Assembly: GCF_025526975.1 (NCBI RefSeq)
Contig: NW_026515700.1
Location: 248,001 to 312,000, forward strand
From: Fimicolochytrium jonesii
Taxonomy: Eukaryota
Reading direction: 5' to 3'
Length of the DNA: 64,000 nucleotides
Positions 27,879 through 39,592 of the stretch are shown here, piece by piece. The position numbers were made by a program, and so were the translations under genes. The notes under the pieces are model-generated. The model was not told where the DNA came from and ran no database searches. It saw only the letters and a program-made list of their open reading frames with translations. Within the stretch, counting starts at the first letter, position 1; the number at the start of each line of letters is the position of its first letter.

Positions 27879-29084
27879 ATGACATCAACACTGGGCAAGC
27901 CAGACCGTGTCCTCGAGCAAGACCACGTCCACGACGTCTACAACGTCATTGCCGAGCATTTCAGCGCCACGCGATACAAGCCCTGGCCCGTTGTTGACGA
28001 TTTTCTAAAGTGGGTGGTTTCGAGTCCACATGGCGAGGCCTCAAAGGGATCAGAGAGACAATAGGCTGGGAGACTAATGATCGTGGGCTTTGGCCTTTAG
28101 ACACCTGCAGCTAGGAGCCCTCGGGGCCGATGTCGGATGCGGGAATGGGAAATACCTCGCTGTCAACCCGCAGGTGTTCACTGTGGGGTCCGACAGGTAC
28201 AGTACATACTCCCCCCCCGTCCTACTTCCCCCATATCCCCTATCCCTTGCCCTAACGACATATGATATTCACGTAGGAGCATAAAGCTGATAGAAATATG
28301 CCGCGCCCGCGGCTTCGAAGCCATGGTGTGCGACAACCTGCGGCTGCCGTACCGGGACGCCTCGTTTGTAAGATAACGATGTACACAAGCTGTTTTTCGA
28401 TTGGGGGGGGCTGATCTGGGGGTGGGAGGGGCTGATGAATTCTGGCTGTAGGATTTCGTCACGTCGATTGCGGTGATACATCATATGTCGAGCCCGGAGC
28501 GGAGGTTTGGGGCTGTTGAGGTGTGTGTGTGGTGGAGACGGGGAGTATGTACATACAGTATGCCGGACGGGCTCAAGCTAAGCGGCGGTTTTCGACTCTA
28601 GGAGCTGTTCCGGATTCTCCGGCCAGGCGGATCCATGCTTATATTCGTATGGGCGTTTGAGCAGGAGGTGAGGATCTGGACTATTATCATGTGCCCCTTT
28701 TTCTACCGCCCCTCCGCCCCCCCTGACATGCAACGCATTAGGGCAAGCGGAAGTTCCAGGAACAGGATGTCTTCGTCCCGTGGCATATGCCCAAGCAACG
28801 ATACAACCCCGACAAGTCGCAACAGACCGCGCCTTCCCCAGATACGACAGCACCAGCACCTGCGTTCAAAGAGGAAGGAGAGGACCGTGTGTACCAAAGG
28901 TGAGCTAGGATTTGCAGTCACAATCGCGCAGTGTGCTAAAATGTCCAATTGCAGATACTACCACATGTTCAAAGCTGGCGAACTCGATGCGCTCGTGGGA
29001 CAGCTGGAAGGTGCAACAACGGTTAAGGCGGGGTATGATAGGGATAATTGGTATGTGGTAGTCAGGAAGGATGAGAGGGGTTGA
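27879..29084 (+). CDS. TRM9: tRNA wobble-uridine methyltransferase Trm9/ALKBH8-MTase-like (multi-exon)
   Basis: HVHDVYNVIAEHFSATRYKPWP, DVGCGNGKYL, SIAVIHH, LIFVWAFEQ, RYYHMFKAGEL, YDRDNWY. Confidence 0.9.
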
Positions 29085-29119
29085 GGCTAGAAAGCTGTAT
29101 ATACAGCCAGGGAATTCAG

Positions 29120-29470
29120 TTATATGAGACGCGCTGTCAGGGGCAGCCCTATGTTTTTCTTCCTGGTTTGCTCCCAGTCGATCGTCACATACGCACTATC
29201 AGCGGTGAATCGGATCCCCCATACACAGAAACCCTCTCTCTTCATCAATATTTTGATGTTCCTCTTGAAGGCCTGCAATGTTGTCGGATTGGGACGTATC
29301 TGATCTGGGAAGAGGATAACGAACACTTTCGTGTCCAAAGCAAGGCTCCCTAACGACCGTTCCAAACTATCTTCGAGCAATTCGAGAACATCGTAATTGA
29401 TTATGGGTGGCCCTCGCAGCAGGGTTTGAGCTAACGGCGCTCTCATCGCTATCAGACGCTCAGACGTCAC
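29120..29470 (-). CDS. Hypothetical small protein
   Basis: 116-aa intronless ORF with globular-looking composition and no recognised motif. Confidence 0.3.
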   Translation of the reverse strand: MTSERLIAMRAPLAQTLLRGPPIINYDVLELLEDSLERSLGSLALDTKVFVILFPDQIRPNPTTLQAFKRNIKILMKREGFCVWGIRFTADSAYVTIDWEQTRKKNIGLPLTARLI

Positions 29471-29726
29471 GTACTTGGATTCGCCGAGGCGGTCGCTACG
29501 CCTATATATAGCAATCTTAACACACGAAACTACTTAGATGAAAGAAGAAGAAAGGAACTCGACCATGTTGTGCCCCACTCTGTTCAGTCTTCCACCGACC
29601 CGGGCGACCCGGATCACCGTCATCAGTCGGTCAAGAGGAATCTCGTCTCCGGAAAGGACCTGCAGTTCAACTGCCTAGTCGTCGTGCGACAGGCGTCGGA
29701 GAAGGAGAAGGAACCACTGATTCATT

Positions 29727-30594
29727 TCAAGACGCAATGATCCGATAGTTGTCGTCGACATCCTGCAATGCAGGGCTCCGACGACGTCGGTCGAAACGCC
29801 GATTGATTGCTCCTATGGCTTCATGTGGCCAGGAGTACATCCAATGTCCGCCAAAGTATTTGTCGCCATCATCTAGACGCCCATCCGCACTATACAAAAA
29901 GTTGTCAGCGGTGAGGTAGATATTCTTGCGCGGTTTCACCGTCTGCAATACAAACGTCATGTAACGCTCGATGATGTTCAACATCTCCTCCGGGTTGCGA
30001 TCCATCAAATAGTCCATCAACTCATTCCTACCCGTGTGAGGGTTGGCAAGCACCAAATGCACCCATAGAAACGTCCAGACCACACAGTAGCCTTCCTCCA
30101 GACGGAATCGCGCTTGCAGACTTTGCGGACCTGCCCGATGTCTGCGACCAGGTGTGACAAGCGATCGCTGTAAAGACATTTTCCAGCGACCATCAAGCCG
30201 CAACGAAGCGTTGTTCACTACTCTCTCAATAGCGGTATACCCGTCCTTCCCAAATCCATGAGGATCAAAAAGCTGATACACGTTGTGATGAAAGTCAAGA
30301 ATCAGCACGTTCGCATGACCCCATCTTTGCCCTTGCCTCGAGAGAAATACGCCAACCACCATGAACCGCGTTGTACAGTTCTTCAAAAGCGTCCCATAGT
30401 CGCTCCCTACCGATAGCCTGTTCCACATACAGGCTCGCTCCAGGGGAATGTGTCACAAGCTTGGGATCGATGAATGAACCTTCTTCCAGAGCTTCCAGGA
30501 AAGAATGGAGACCCCTGAAATCGCCTCCGTAAGTACGACTCGGCGGGTACTTGTCGATATCAATGAAACTTATGTATGCGGGATAGATGGGCAT
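29727..30594 (-). CDS. Intronless putative cysteine protease (His-Asp-Gln-Cys order), probable frameshift near 30430-30455
   Basis: GHANVLILD..YQLFDPHG...GPQ..EGYCVVWTFLWVHL. The N-terminal ~50 codons from ATG 30594 are in a different frame. Confidence 0.55.
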
Positions 30595-30660
30595 TCTGGC
30601 GTTAGACCCTGCTTAGACCCTGCCTACTTCTGACATTAAACTTTGTGACTTCCCAAAAGA

Positions 30661-31644
30661 TTACAATACAGTGATAGACCTAAAATTACGCGCCTCACGC
30701 ATAAACATCCCTGTAGGATCGTCTTCGCTCATGGTGATATCGCTGAGGTCATCTGAGAACATAACGCGGACCTGCTCAATCCGATCCTCCCGAGCTGCAA
30801 GGAGGTCCTGTGGGCTGAAACCACTGACTTCGGACCAGTTGTCGCTATCTCGTACAGCAGCTACAGCAGCGTCATTCTCCGCGAGTGAGTCGATATCGAT
30901 TCCGGCCACCTCGTATGCCCATCTTTGCACAGACGAAGTGCAAGAATACCTTGGTGGAGGGCGTGTGCTATCGAAGGCCACCAATCCGCCGCTGGGGAAA
31001 TCCTTATCATACGATTCAGTTTCCGGCAAGTGACCTTTCGGCTCGTCCGAACTCCGACCATCTTCCTTGTCCTCCCTGTCTTGATCTCCATCCTCCTCAT
31101 CCTCATCCTCATCCTTGTCGTCCCTATCTTCATCTCCACCCTCCTCATCCGCATCAGGAAGATCCATCATGGCTAACGTATCTATCAGAACATCCAGTCG
31201 ATCCCGTTCCTCCGTTGGGACAACTGGTACGGGGTGCTTAGCCTTCTTTGTCCTAGCCATGGTGACTTGTATAGCAGGTTTGAGGCAAATATACGCGGGA
31301 CTGCGATCCCATCCGTCCACAGTCTTCAAAGCTCCATGTTGGTTATGTGAAGGAGTTGGCGCGAGAGCGAGAAACCGGTCTCTCTTCTCCGAATGATCGT
31401 TAAACTGTGTTCTGATGTCTCTCCCACCAAAACCGGTACAGAAGTGTACGGAAAACGTGTTCCCTAGGCGACCCCGTACGTAGCAAAGGCGGGACCCCGG
31501 AACCACACTATCGCTTTGACCGGACTGGCGCGAGTGTTGAGAATACGCGGCCGTCGACACCTCGCTAGGGATGACAACGATTGCGCAGAAGGTCCCCGCT
31601 TGTGGGATGAAAGTTTTGTTCTTGTTCTTGTTTTGTTTTGGCAT
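30661..31644 (-). CDS. Intronless hypothetical protein, globular N-domain plus acidic tract
   Basis: 327-aa ORF with a beta-rich N-terminal ~150 aa followed by a D/E-rich segment. Confidence 0.6.
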   Translation of the reverse strand: MPKQNKNKNKTFIPQAGTFCAIVVIPSEVSTAAYSQHSRQSGQSDSVVPGSRLCYVRGRLGNTFSVHFCTGFGGRDIRTQFNDHSEKRDRFLALAPTPSHNQHGALKTVDGWDRSPAYICLKPAIQVTMARTKKAKHPVPVVPTEERDRLDVLIDTLAMMDLPDADEEGGDEDRDDKDEDEDEEDGDQDREDKEDGRSSDEPKGHLPETESYDKDFPSGGLVAFDSTRPPPRYSCTSSVQRWAYEVAGIDIDSLAENDAAVAAVRDSDNWSEVSGFSPQDLLAAREDRIEQVRVMFSDDLSDITMSEDDPTGMFMREARNFRSITVL

Positions 31645-32039
31645 CGTGTGCTGATAGGTTTTCTCAATGCATCTGCCGATCTGTTACGCAAAGTCAATAA
31701 GGTAGACGCAGATGGGAAGGCGTTAGAATGGTGCCAGTACGAGGTAGAGATCCGTCGTGACCCCTCAAGCAGAAAAAAATACGGTTCATCTTGGAATCGA
31801 ACTCGAGATGCTTTCAAAACATACACATCTTGCCCCAAATACACGAAAAATGGGAAAAGTTAGGATTGACTGACTCGGGGACACAAACAGCGGTCTGCAT
31901 CAGTCATCGGCGAAAACTTGTTGAAGACCTACGTATGAACGCGCGGACGTGGGAGAATGACTTGTGAACCGCATAGCCTACTAATATCATACACAGACCG
32001 TCAACACTCAACCACCTATCCGCAGAGTCCTTGTCCGTC

Positions 32040-33542
32040 ATGTCCGCCGGTCAGGTATGGGGGCATCCCTCTTCGCCCGAGTCGCGACACTCACCTCCTA
32101 ACCTTGAGTTCGACCTTCAAATTCTCACCGCCGATGACCACACCCCATTTCACGCCAACAGCATCATCAAAGGAAGTCCAAAATCTCCGAGGAGGTTCTA
32201 GAAGCACAACGGGAAAAGTCCCGAAAGAAGCTGGGAGAGTATCGCAAACTTACAGACGCTCTTTCAAAAAAGGTGCGCCTGGTTCTCAGTATTATGCATT
32301 ATGCCAATGCTGCCAACGCATATTGATCTCCGAACGACCGAACAGCGACGAGATGATATATACGATAACGAGGCGTTTGACCTCACGACAAAGATCCTGG
32401 CCATGTGTCCTGAATACTACACCATGTGGAATTATCGCCGGAAAATCATGCTGGACCGGCGGAAAACACTGTATGTGGAAAATGATCCACTTCCATCTAA
32501 CGACTTTTCCCATAATGCTAACCCCACTGGGACGCACAGATCAGACGAAGCCTACCAATCCCTCTGCCTCTCGGAACTCAAACTGGCTGACGAAGCTCTC
32601 AAAGCTAACCCTAAATCGTACTGGGTCTGGAACCACCGCCGCTGGCTGCTCGAAAACATGCCGGAGCCGACATGGGCGCGGGAGCTGAAGCTGCTGGGCG
32701 GGTTGTTGGATATGGATGCGCGAAACTGTACGTGTGCGGGGACCTATTTTCGCCCCCAAGTTCCCCGCATCGCTGATTGATGTCCATGAATTGCTTAGTC
32801 CACGGATGGGGCCACCGCCGCTACGTAATCGCAGCCTCGCATGCACGAACCCCACTCGAGGAGTTCAACTACACGTCGGAGAAGATTGCGCAGAACTTCT
32901 CCAATTATTCGGCGTGGCATTATCGGAGTAAAGTGCTGCTGCTGGCGTTCGACGATGAAAAGGAGCGGGAGGGGGTGTTGGATAAAGGTGCGCGAAAACC
33001 ACACATGCATAGCCGAGAGAGAGCATAGGTCCTCAATGGATTTTGGATTTGAATATGGGGCAGAATTCGAACTAGTCCGAAACGCAATCTACACGGAACC
33101 CGCAGACCAGAGCGCGTGGCTGTACCAGCGGTGGCTGCTAAGGTAATCATAGCACCTACCTGCATGCCAGATACACGCCCTTCTTCGTGGACGAACTCAG
33201 ATCCCTGCCCCTTTCAGCCTCGTTGAAAACGACACAACCCGCTGGGAATCCGAGCTTCAGTCCGTGCGCGAACTCGTCGATCTTGAGCCGGATAGTAAAT
33301 GTACGTTTCAACGTAACGCCCTTCCTCGTCCTCGTTTCCGCCCAACCACCCCCCCACTCCAGACAACCACTTAACAGTCTCCTATTTTCAAAACAGGGGC
33401 CCTCCTAACAATGGTCCACATGCTCACCAAACTCTCCAACCCCGAAAGCCTGACCGAAGCCCGCGAGATCCTGCAGAGGCTGGAGGTGATTGACCCGGAT
33501 CGGAGGGAGTATCATCGGGATTTGGCGAGGGCGCTTTCTTGA
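32040..33542 (+). CDS. BET4: Rab geranylgeranyltransferase type II alpha subunit (multi-exon)
   Basis: PPTA repeats PEYYTMWNYRR, NPKSYWVWNHRRW, NFSNYSAWHYRS, EPADQSAWLYQRWL. Confidence 0.9.
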
Positions 33543-33779
33543 GGGATTTATAGTGCGTTTTGGTGTGCGCTTGGGGGTTTTGGCGTAAATGCATATCGAT
33601 CAGGCAGGACCAGCTATCCAAGAGGTTTCCTGTCGATTGTAGAAAAGACGAATCCGCATGATGTGTATGAACTATAGACAGTATATGTAGATAAGCGAGC
33701 AACCCTCGCCGTTCTCAGTACCATAGGAATTTCACCATACTGATGCTGTCAACTCAAACCATCTACCGCGTTCTAAACC

Positions 33780-35776
33780 CTACTCTACAACCTGCCTAGT
33801 CTGCCTCTCCACCGCCGTCTTCCCCGGCGCCTCCGTAATCCCCTCCCCCTCCTCCTGCTTCGGAAAGTACTTATAAGGATTCAACACCCCCCTCGGATCA
33901 AACACCCCCTTAACGCTCCTCATCAACGCCACAAATTCTTCGCTCTTGCTGTATCCCAAATACGGCGCCTTCATCAACCCAAGCCCGTGTTCCGCGGATA
34001 TGGACCCCTCGTGGCGCTGGATGAGCTTGTAGAGGTAGGGCTCGATGGCGGTGTCGAGGGTGGGGTGGTACCCCGTGGAAGTGAGGTTGAGATGTAGGTT
34101 GCCGTCGCCCATGTGGCCGAAGCCGGCGATGTGGGTGAATCTCGGCTGCCCTTCTGCGGTCGTCTCTGCCCCCGTCTCACCGGCGTACACACCGACCTTG
34201 GTGAGATACGCCCGCACGTCCGTGACGATGTCCCATAACCGCTCCACAGGCACGCTCAGATCGTACTTGTAGTTCCCGCCCTCCTTCGCCAGCGCCTCGG
34301 TGATGCTCTCGCGGATACTCCACATCGCCTTCGCCTGCGCCTCGTCCTGGGCCACAGCTCCGTCCTCCACAATGTCGTTCTCAAACACGCGTTCGAAGAA
34401 GGCGTCGAGTTTCGCGGTGTCGTGGTCGGAGTGGGAGCCGGCGGTTTCGATGAGGACGTAGAAGGGGGATGAGGAGGAGGTGGAAGTGGAGAAGGGGTCA
34501 CGGATACCGTGGATGTGGTGCTTGACGAGGGTGAAGGAGGTAGCGTCGAAGAATTCAAAGGCGGAGAGGATCTCGGTGAGGTCGGTGCGGGCGGCGCGAA
34601 AGAGTTTGACGACGTGCGAGAAGGATGGGACTGCGAAGAGGGCTGTTTTCGTGAGGGGTGACATAGCATTAGTAACAGGTCTCCAGCGGCCTTGCGTGTA
34701 CGGATCGAAGGAGTGATTTCTCTGACACTCACCAACATGAACACTCGACGGCCTAACCGGCGTCAAAATCGACACCTTCGTAATCACACCCAACGTCCCC
34801 TCCGACCCAATAAACAGCTGCTTCAGGTCGTAACCCGTGTTATCCTTCCGCAGCGGCTTGCCCAGCTCGACTATCCGGCCGTCGGCCAACACCACCTCCA
34901 TCGACAGCACGGTGCCGTGGAGAGACCCGTAGCGGAGCAGACGGAGCCCGCCGGCGTTGGTGGCTACGTTTCCGCCGATTTGGCAGGATCCTTTGGCGCC
35001 TAGGTCTATCATTCACAGTACGTTAGTTGTAGGAATCCATCACACGGTAAGGAAACGAGTACTTACCCAAAGGCATCATATACCCCCTCTCCCCCACAAC
35101 CTTATCCAGCACCTCCAAGACACACCCCGCCTCACACGTCAGCACCCCCGCAACCTCATCAAACTCCACCACCTTATTCATATTCCCCAAGCTCAGCACC
35201 ACCTCATCGTGTACGGGCACGCTCCCGCCCACTAGACCCGTGTTGCCCCCTTGCGGCACGACGGCGATGCGGTGCGTGTTGCAGTAGGATAGGATTTCTG
35301 AGACTTGCGCGGTGCTGGTGGGACGTAGGACGAGGGATGAGGAGCCTTTGTAGCGGCGCATCCAATCCTGTGGGGGTTCGGGAGGGGGGGCGGGCGGTGA
35401 GCATGGTTCCGTCCGACCGCCTTCTGTGGTAAGCAAGCGGGCTTGGGGGCCTCACCTGGTTAAACGGCTCAAGCTCGTCCGGCTCCTCCGCTGTAATCAC
35501 GCTCTTCGACCCTACCACTGTTCTGAAAAACTCCACATCGGCGGCGTCAATCTTCTTGAACCGCGGGTCCCGCTTAAGGTGCGGGTATCGTTCGACTGTT
35601 AGTTTGACGGCGCCGCCTGTGGAATGAGTCGGTGGGGTTGTGCTGATCTGGCGGGAGGCGGGATGCCGTGGACGAATGGGGGTGGGTAGACATGATAATG
35701 GTAGCGGACGGACGGAGGGTGAGAGGCAAAGTGGCTTTAGTTGTGCGCGAGAGAGGACCCGCCGAGTGCAGAGCAT
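33780..35776 (-). CDS. Mitochondrial D-2-hydroxyglutarate / D-lactate dehydrogenase (Dld2/D2HGDH family)
   Basis: [71 protein letters not shown], with a presequence-like N-terminus. Confidence 0.93.
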
Positions 35777-36258
35777 TATGAAGGGGACAGGTGGGGGGTA
35801 TATAGGTGCGGGATGGTACGCCGGAAACGTGAGGCGAGGAATGTCTCTGTTGCGTCAGACGCTGGAGTTCACGCGAGCGTCTTTACGCAGGCGCAGATGG
35901 ATGATTCATCCCACACACAAACCGCTCCCTCATCGCTCTGACCGCCGGAATCTGAACAACTCTCCACCGGAATCATCCCTGCTCGTATGGCCTCCCACAT
36001 GTCATCGCTATTGCCTTCTGAGCGTTACAAAGCATAACCACCGTGCTCACGCTTTCCCCAATGTAAGTTCCCTCTCACCCCCGACATAGGTCCAATCTCC
36101 CCCTTCCATCTCCTACAGCACCCCGACGGCTGATTCCACCTCCAACGAAAGGAGCAACGGCAGCCAAATTTCAGTGGCGAACCAAAAGGACGTTCTTTTA
36201 GGATTTTTTACATTTGGTGTAGAACGACGAGGACAGATCGAGACTAATCGTAACCAAA

Positions 36259-36649
36259 TTACACGCGGGAAGGGTACAACATCTAGGAAAAAGAGAAAGA
36301 AATGGGAAAAGAGAAGTTAGCATACTGCATTGAAGGGCAAAAAAGTGTGCAAAGAATGAAACTCACAATCCTGATGCTGGCACCGAAGCTGCGGGGGGGA
36401 AGGTTGGACCTGAACTTGGCCCTCACAACGCCGGATGTTCCGTGGGAGCGGGTGACACGGCCCCAGATGACGCGGATCCTGCTGCCATCGATGACCCTCT
36501 TGGCCTTGTAAACGTAGGCGACACGCTTGCCGAGGTAGAACTCAGTGTCCTCGGTGGTGCGGACACCCTCGACTTGGAGCAACGAGGTGTGTTCCTTGGT
36601 GTTGCGCTTTGAGCGGCGGAAACCGAGCACGCGGCCCTTGGCGTAGAGT
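36259..36649 (-). CDS. RPL35A: 60S ribosomal protein eL33 (L35a); short first exon lies upstream and was not located
   Basis: [54 protein letters not shown], last exon MLYPSRV*. Confidence 0.93.
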
Positions 36650-37451
36650 CTGAATTTGAAGGAAGACACCCCCGAGTCAGTCGTTCGTTCGTAAACTCAG
36701 TGGGAATTGCATCCATTCGCCGGACAAAACTCCAAGCAGACTTCCTCATTTCTCACACCCTTCCCAGAAAACCCCTCCCGCTCCGCTCCAAATAACGCCC
36801 TCCCTTCTTTCCGATCGTTCGACTCTCGGAGCATCCTCTAGGGCCCCGCAGAATAGCATCGAGAGTGCATTTCGTATTCAAAAGCTGAAAATTGCATGGC
36901 CTCCACCCCAAAGTTGTCGAAATTCCCAAAGTGGGAGCAGCAACGCTCAGCCTTGGTGCATGGCGTCTATTTTGTCCGTAGGCGGCCTTCGGTATGTTGC
37001 GGTTTCGTTCGGAATGTCGTCGTCCAAATGTCTCTTCGCCATTCCACCACCCATCCATCCCAACTCATCCATCCCAACTCATCCATCCATCCATCTGCCG
37101 TGTCCATCCATCGAATCGATCCTGCCGGGAGCGTGTCTGTCGTAGCTGCGTTCTCTCTCTACCCACCTGTGAGGCCGTGCGTTCGCCATTGCTATCTTCG
37201 TTACTGTGAAAACGAGACCAAAATGGAATGGGTGTAATGGAGCGCCCCGTTGATCGCTCCAACCTCATCACTCGGAGTTTATACTGCTCATGTGACTTGC
37301 CTCTGAATTAAAGTGGGCTGGAGAACAACTCACGCGTCTGACTTGGGAGTTTGGGCCGCGGTTCAAACCATGTGGGACTAAGCAGGAGAAGCTGGGACTG
37401 ACGGTGGTGGGGCGATCTTCCCACGCTTTCCCACCACTCATCAGACAGACG

Positions 37452-39026
37452 ATGATAGTGCGACATCCCAATATCAAGCGGCTGCAAAGATATCATACGA
37501 GGCTTCCAGCACATGGTCGGAGTCATGCTCTAGGCAGCTGCTGTCTGACGGTTCGGGCGGAACCTCATGTGGACGCGACGGTAGACAATCTCGTGATCGG
37601 TGAGTTCGTTGTCGGAGTTTTCGCAGGGAGGCAAAGAGGCGCTCAACCTAATTCGCTCCTATGTAGGTGCTGGTGTGGTAGGTAGGATGACAAGTGCATG
37701 ACTTCCGAGACGACGCGGAGTTCACCGCCGGGCACTTTCGCAGGACTGGCCATAGCTGCGCGTCTCAGTCGACATGGCTCCACGTTAGTACTCGAACGCA
37801 ACCCGGCATTTGGAATGGAGACGAGTTCACGGAACTCAGAGGTCATTCATGGTGCGTTCGATCGAGCGGAACCGTCACATTCTAAATGAGAACCGCTCAC
37901 TCCCACTTCGCACAGCTGGAATATATTACCCACCGACCTCCTTGAAAACCCAGCTCTGCATCCGCGGCAACCGTCTCCTCTATTCCCTCTGCGCGCAACA
38001 CAACATCTCACATAGACGGACCGGCAAATGGATCGTCGCCACCAACGTAGACCAGGCAGCTTATCTGTACGACATGAAGCAACGCGTGGACGACCTAGGC
38101 GTTCCCGTCCGCTTCCTGTCCCGAAAAAATGTCACGGAGGCTGAGCCGAATGTGATTGCACATACGGTGCTGGAGAGTCCAACGACGGGGATAGTGGATT
38201 CACATGCGTTGATGGCGTGTTTGGAGGTGCGTTGAGGGTGCGGCTCACAGTTGAGACAATGTATCTCAAAGCATGACCGTTACAGGGCCTGATAACCACC
38301 CACGGCGGCGACATCGCGTACCGCACATTAGTCGCCTCAATCACACCCTCTTCAAAGGGCGGCTACCTAATCCGCACCTCCGACCCAACACCCTTCCTCG
38401 TTCACGCCCGTCACGTCATCAACGCCGCAGGACTCTACGCCGACGACATCGCATCCACGCTCCTCCCTGCTTCCCAAGTACCCAAGATCTACCCCTGCAA
38501 GGGGACATACTACACCTTTGCGCGGAATCCTCAACCCGTTAAACGACTGGTGTATCCCGTCCCTGAGAAGAACCTGAAAGGTCTGGGCGTGCATGCCACT
38601 GTGGATATGGCGGGACAGGTTAAGTTTGGTCCCAATGCGGTTTATGTCGGCTGTAAAGATGATGTAACGGCCGTAGAAGATAATGAGTTACGAGAATCGT
38701 TCGCGTTCGCTATTGGGAAGTATCTCAGAGGTGTGACAAAGGAGGATCTGAGGGTGGATTACGCGGGCGTTAGGTATGTACATGTTCAACCAATCCATTC
38801 CTGCCCTCCTCTGGCCCACGAAATCCCACCGATTTCATCTCCTTCACAAAGACCGAAACTCTCATCCCCCACCGACCCCTTCCACGACTTCCACATCGAA
38901 TCGCCTCTATCCTTCCGGGGGTTCGTCAACCTGATGGGCATCGAATCGCCCGGACTGACAGCATCGTTGGCTATAGCTGAACGAGTAGAGGGGATGTTGG
39001 GGTACCGTGATGCGAGGAATTTGTGA
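37452..39026 (+). CDS. L2HGDH: L-2-hydroxyglutarate dehydrogenase (FAD-dependent; multi-exon)
   Basis: [73 protein letters not shown]. Confidence 0.9.
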
Positions 39027-39592
39027 GAACAGTCACTAGGGCCTTGTGAGCGTTTGAGGGGTTTTTGGATTTCTCGTCATAGGCGTATTTGTGTTGGTAG
39101 CTTGAGTGACGGAGAGACTTGAGGTAGCAGTAGGATCCAAGTGGATTCCGGCCAGTGTTTGCGTCCGAAAGAGTGACGTCGGGTTGGGTTCCCCCATTCA
39201 TCGTGGCCGCATCGCCACCCTGTATATGTAGAAGAGGCAAGAGGTAGAAAAGACAAAAAAAGGGTTTCAGTTGAAAGAAATGAAGGTCTGGTTTGAGGAT
39301 TCCACAGAGTGGGCTTCTCAGAAAGTGCGCAGGACGCAGCTCATCACCTTCGAGCAGGACACGGCTCTCGAAGGCTGCACTGCTCTTTTCAGCCTACGCT
39401 GTCTATTCCGGCCTAAAACGAGGAGCGCAGGACGCTAGAACGCAGCTCTCGAAGGCTGCTCCTCGTTCACTGCCGAACGGAACAGTCGAATCCTCTCACC
39501 AGGAGAGGGTATGCAGAAGCAGCAGATGGATGTACCTTAAAGCGTGTCCTGGTCGGTGCTGTAATTTCAATCCCTCTGTCGGGCACAAAGCA

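Noticed and set aside
36645..37330. snoRNA or RNase P-like motifs upstream of the RPL35A main exon
   Set aside because: Only short box-like matches are present. AATTCAGACT coincides with the splice acceptor, and no convincing overall structure was found.
39325..39460. Short duplicated motifs (GCGCAGGACGC, GCTCTCGAAGGCTGC) downstream of CHK1
   Set aside because: Two copies only, most likely a local duplication with no further structure.
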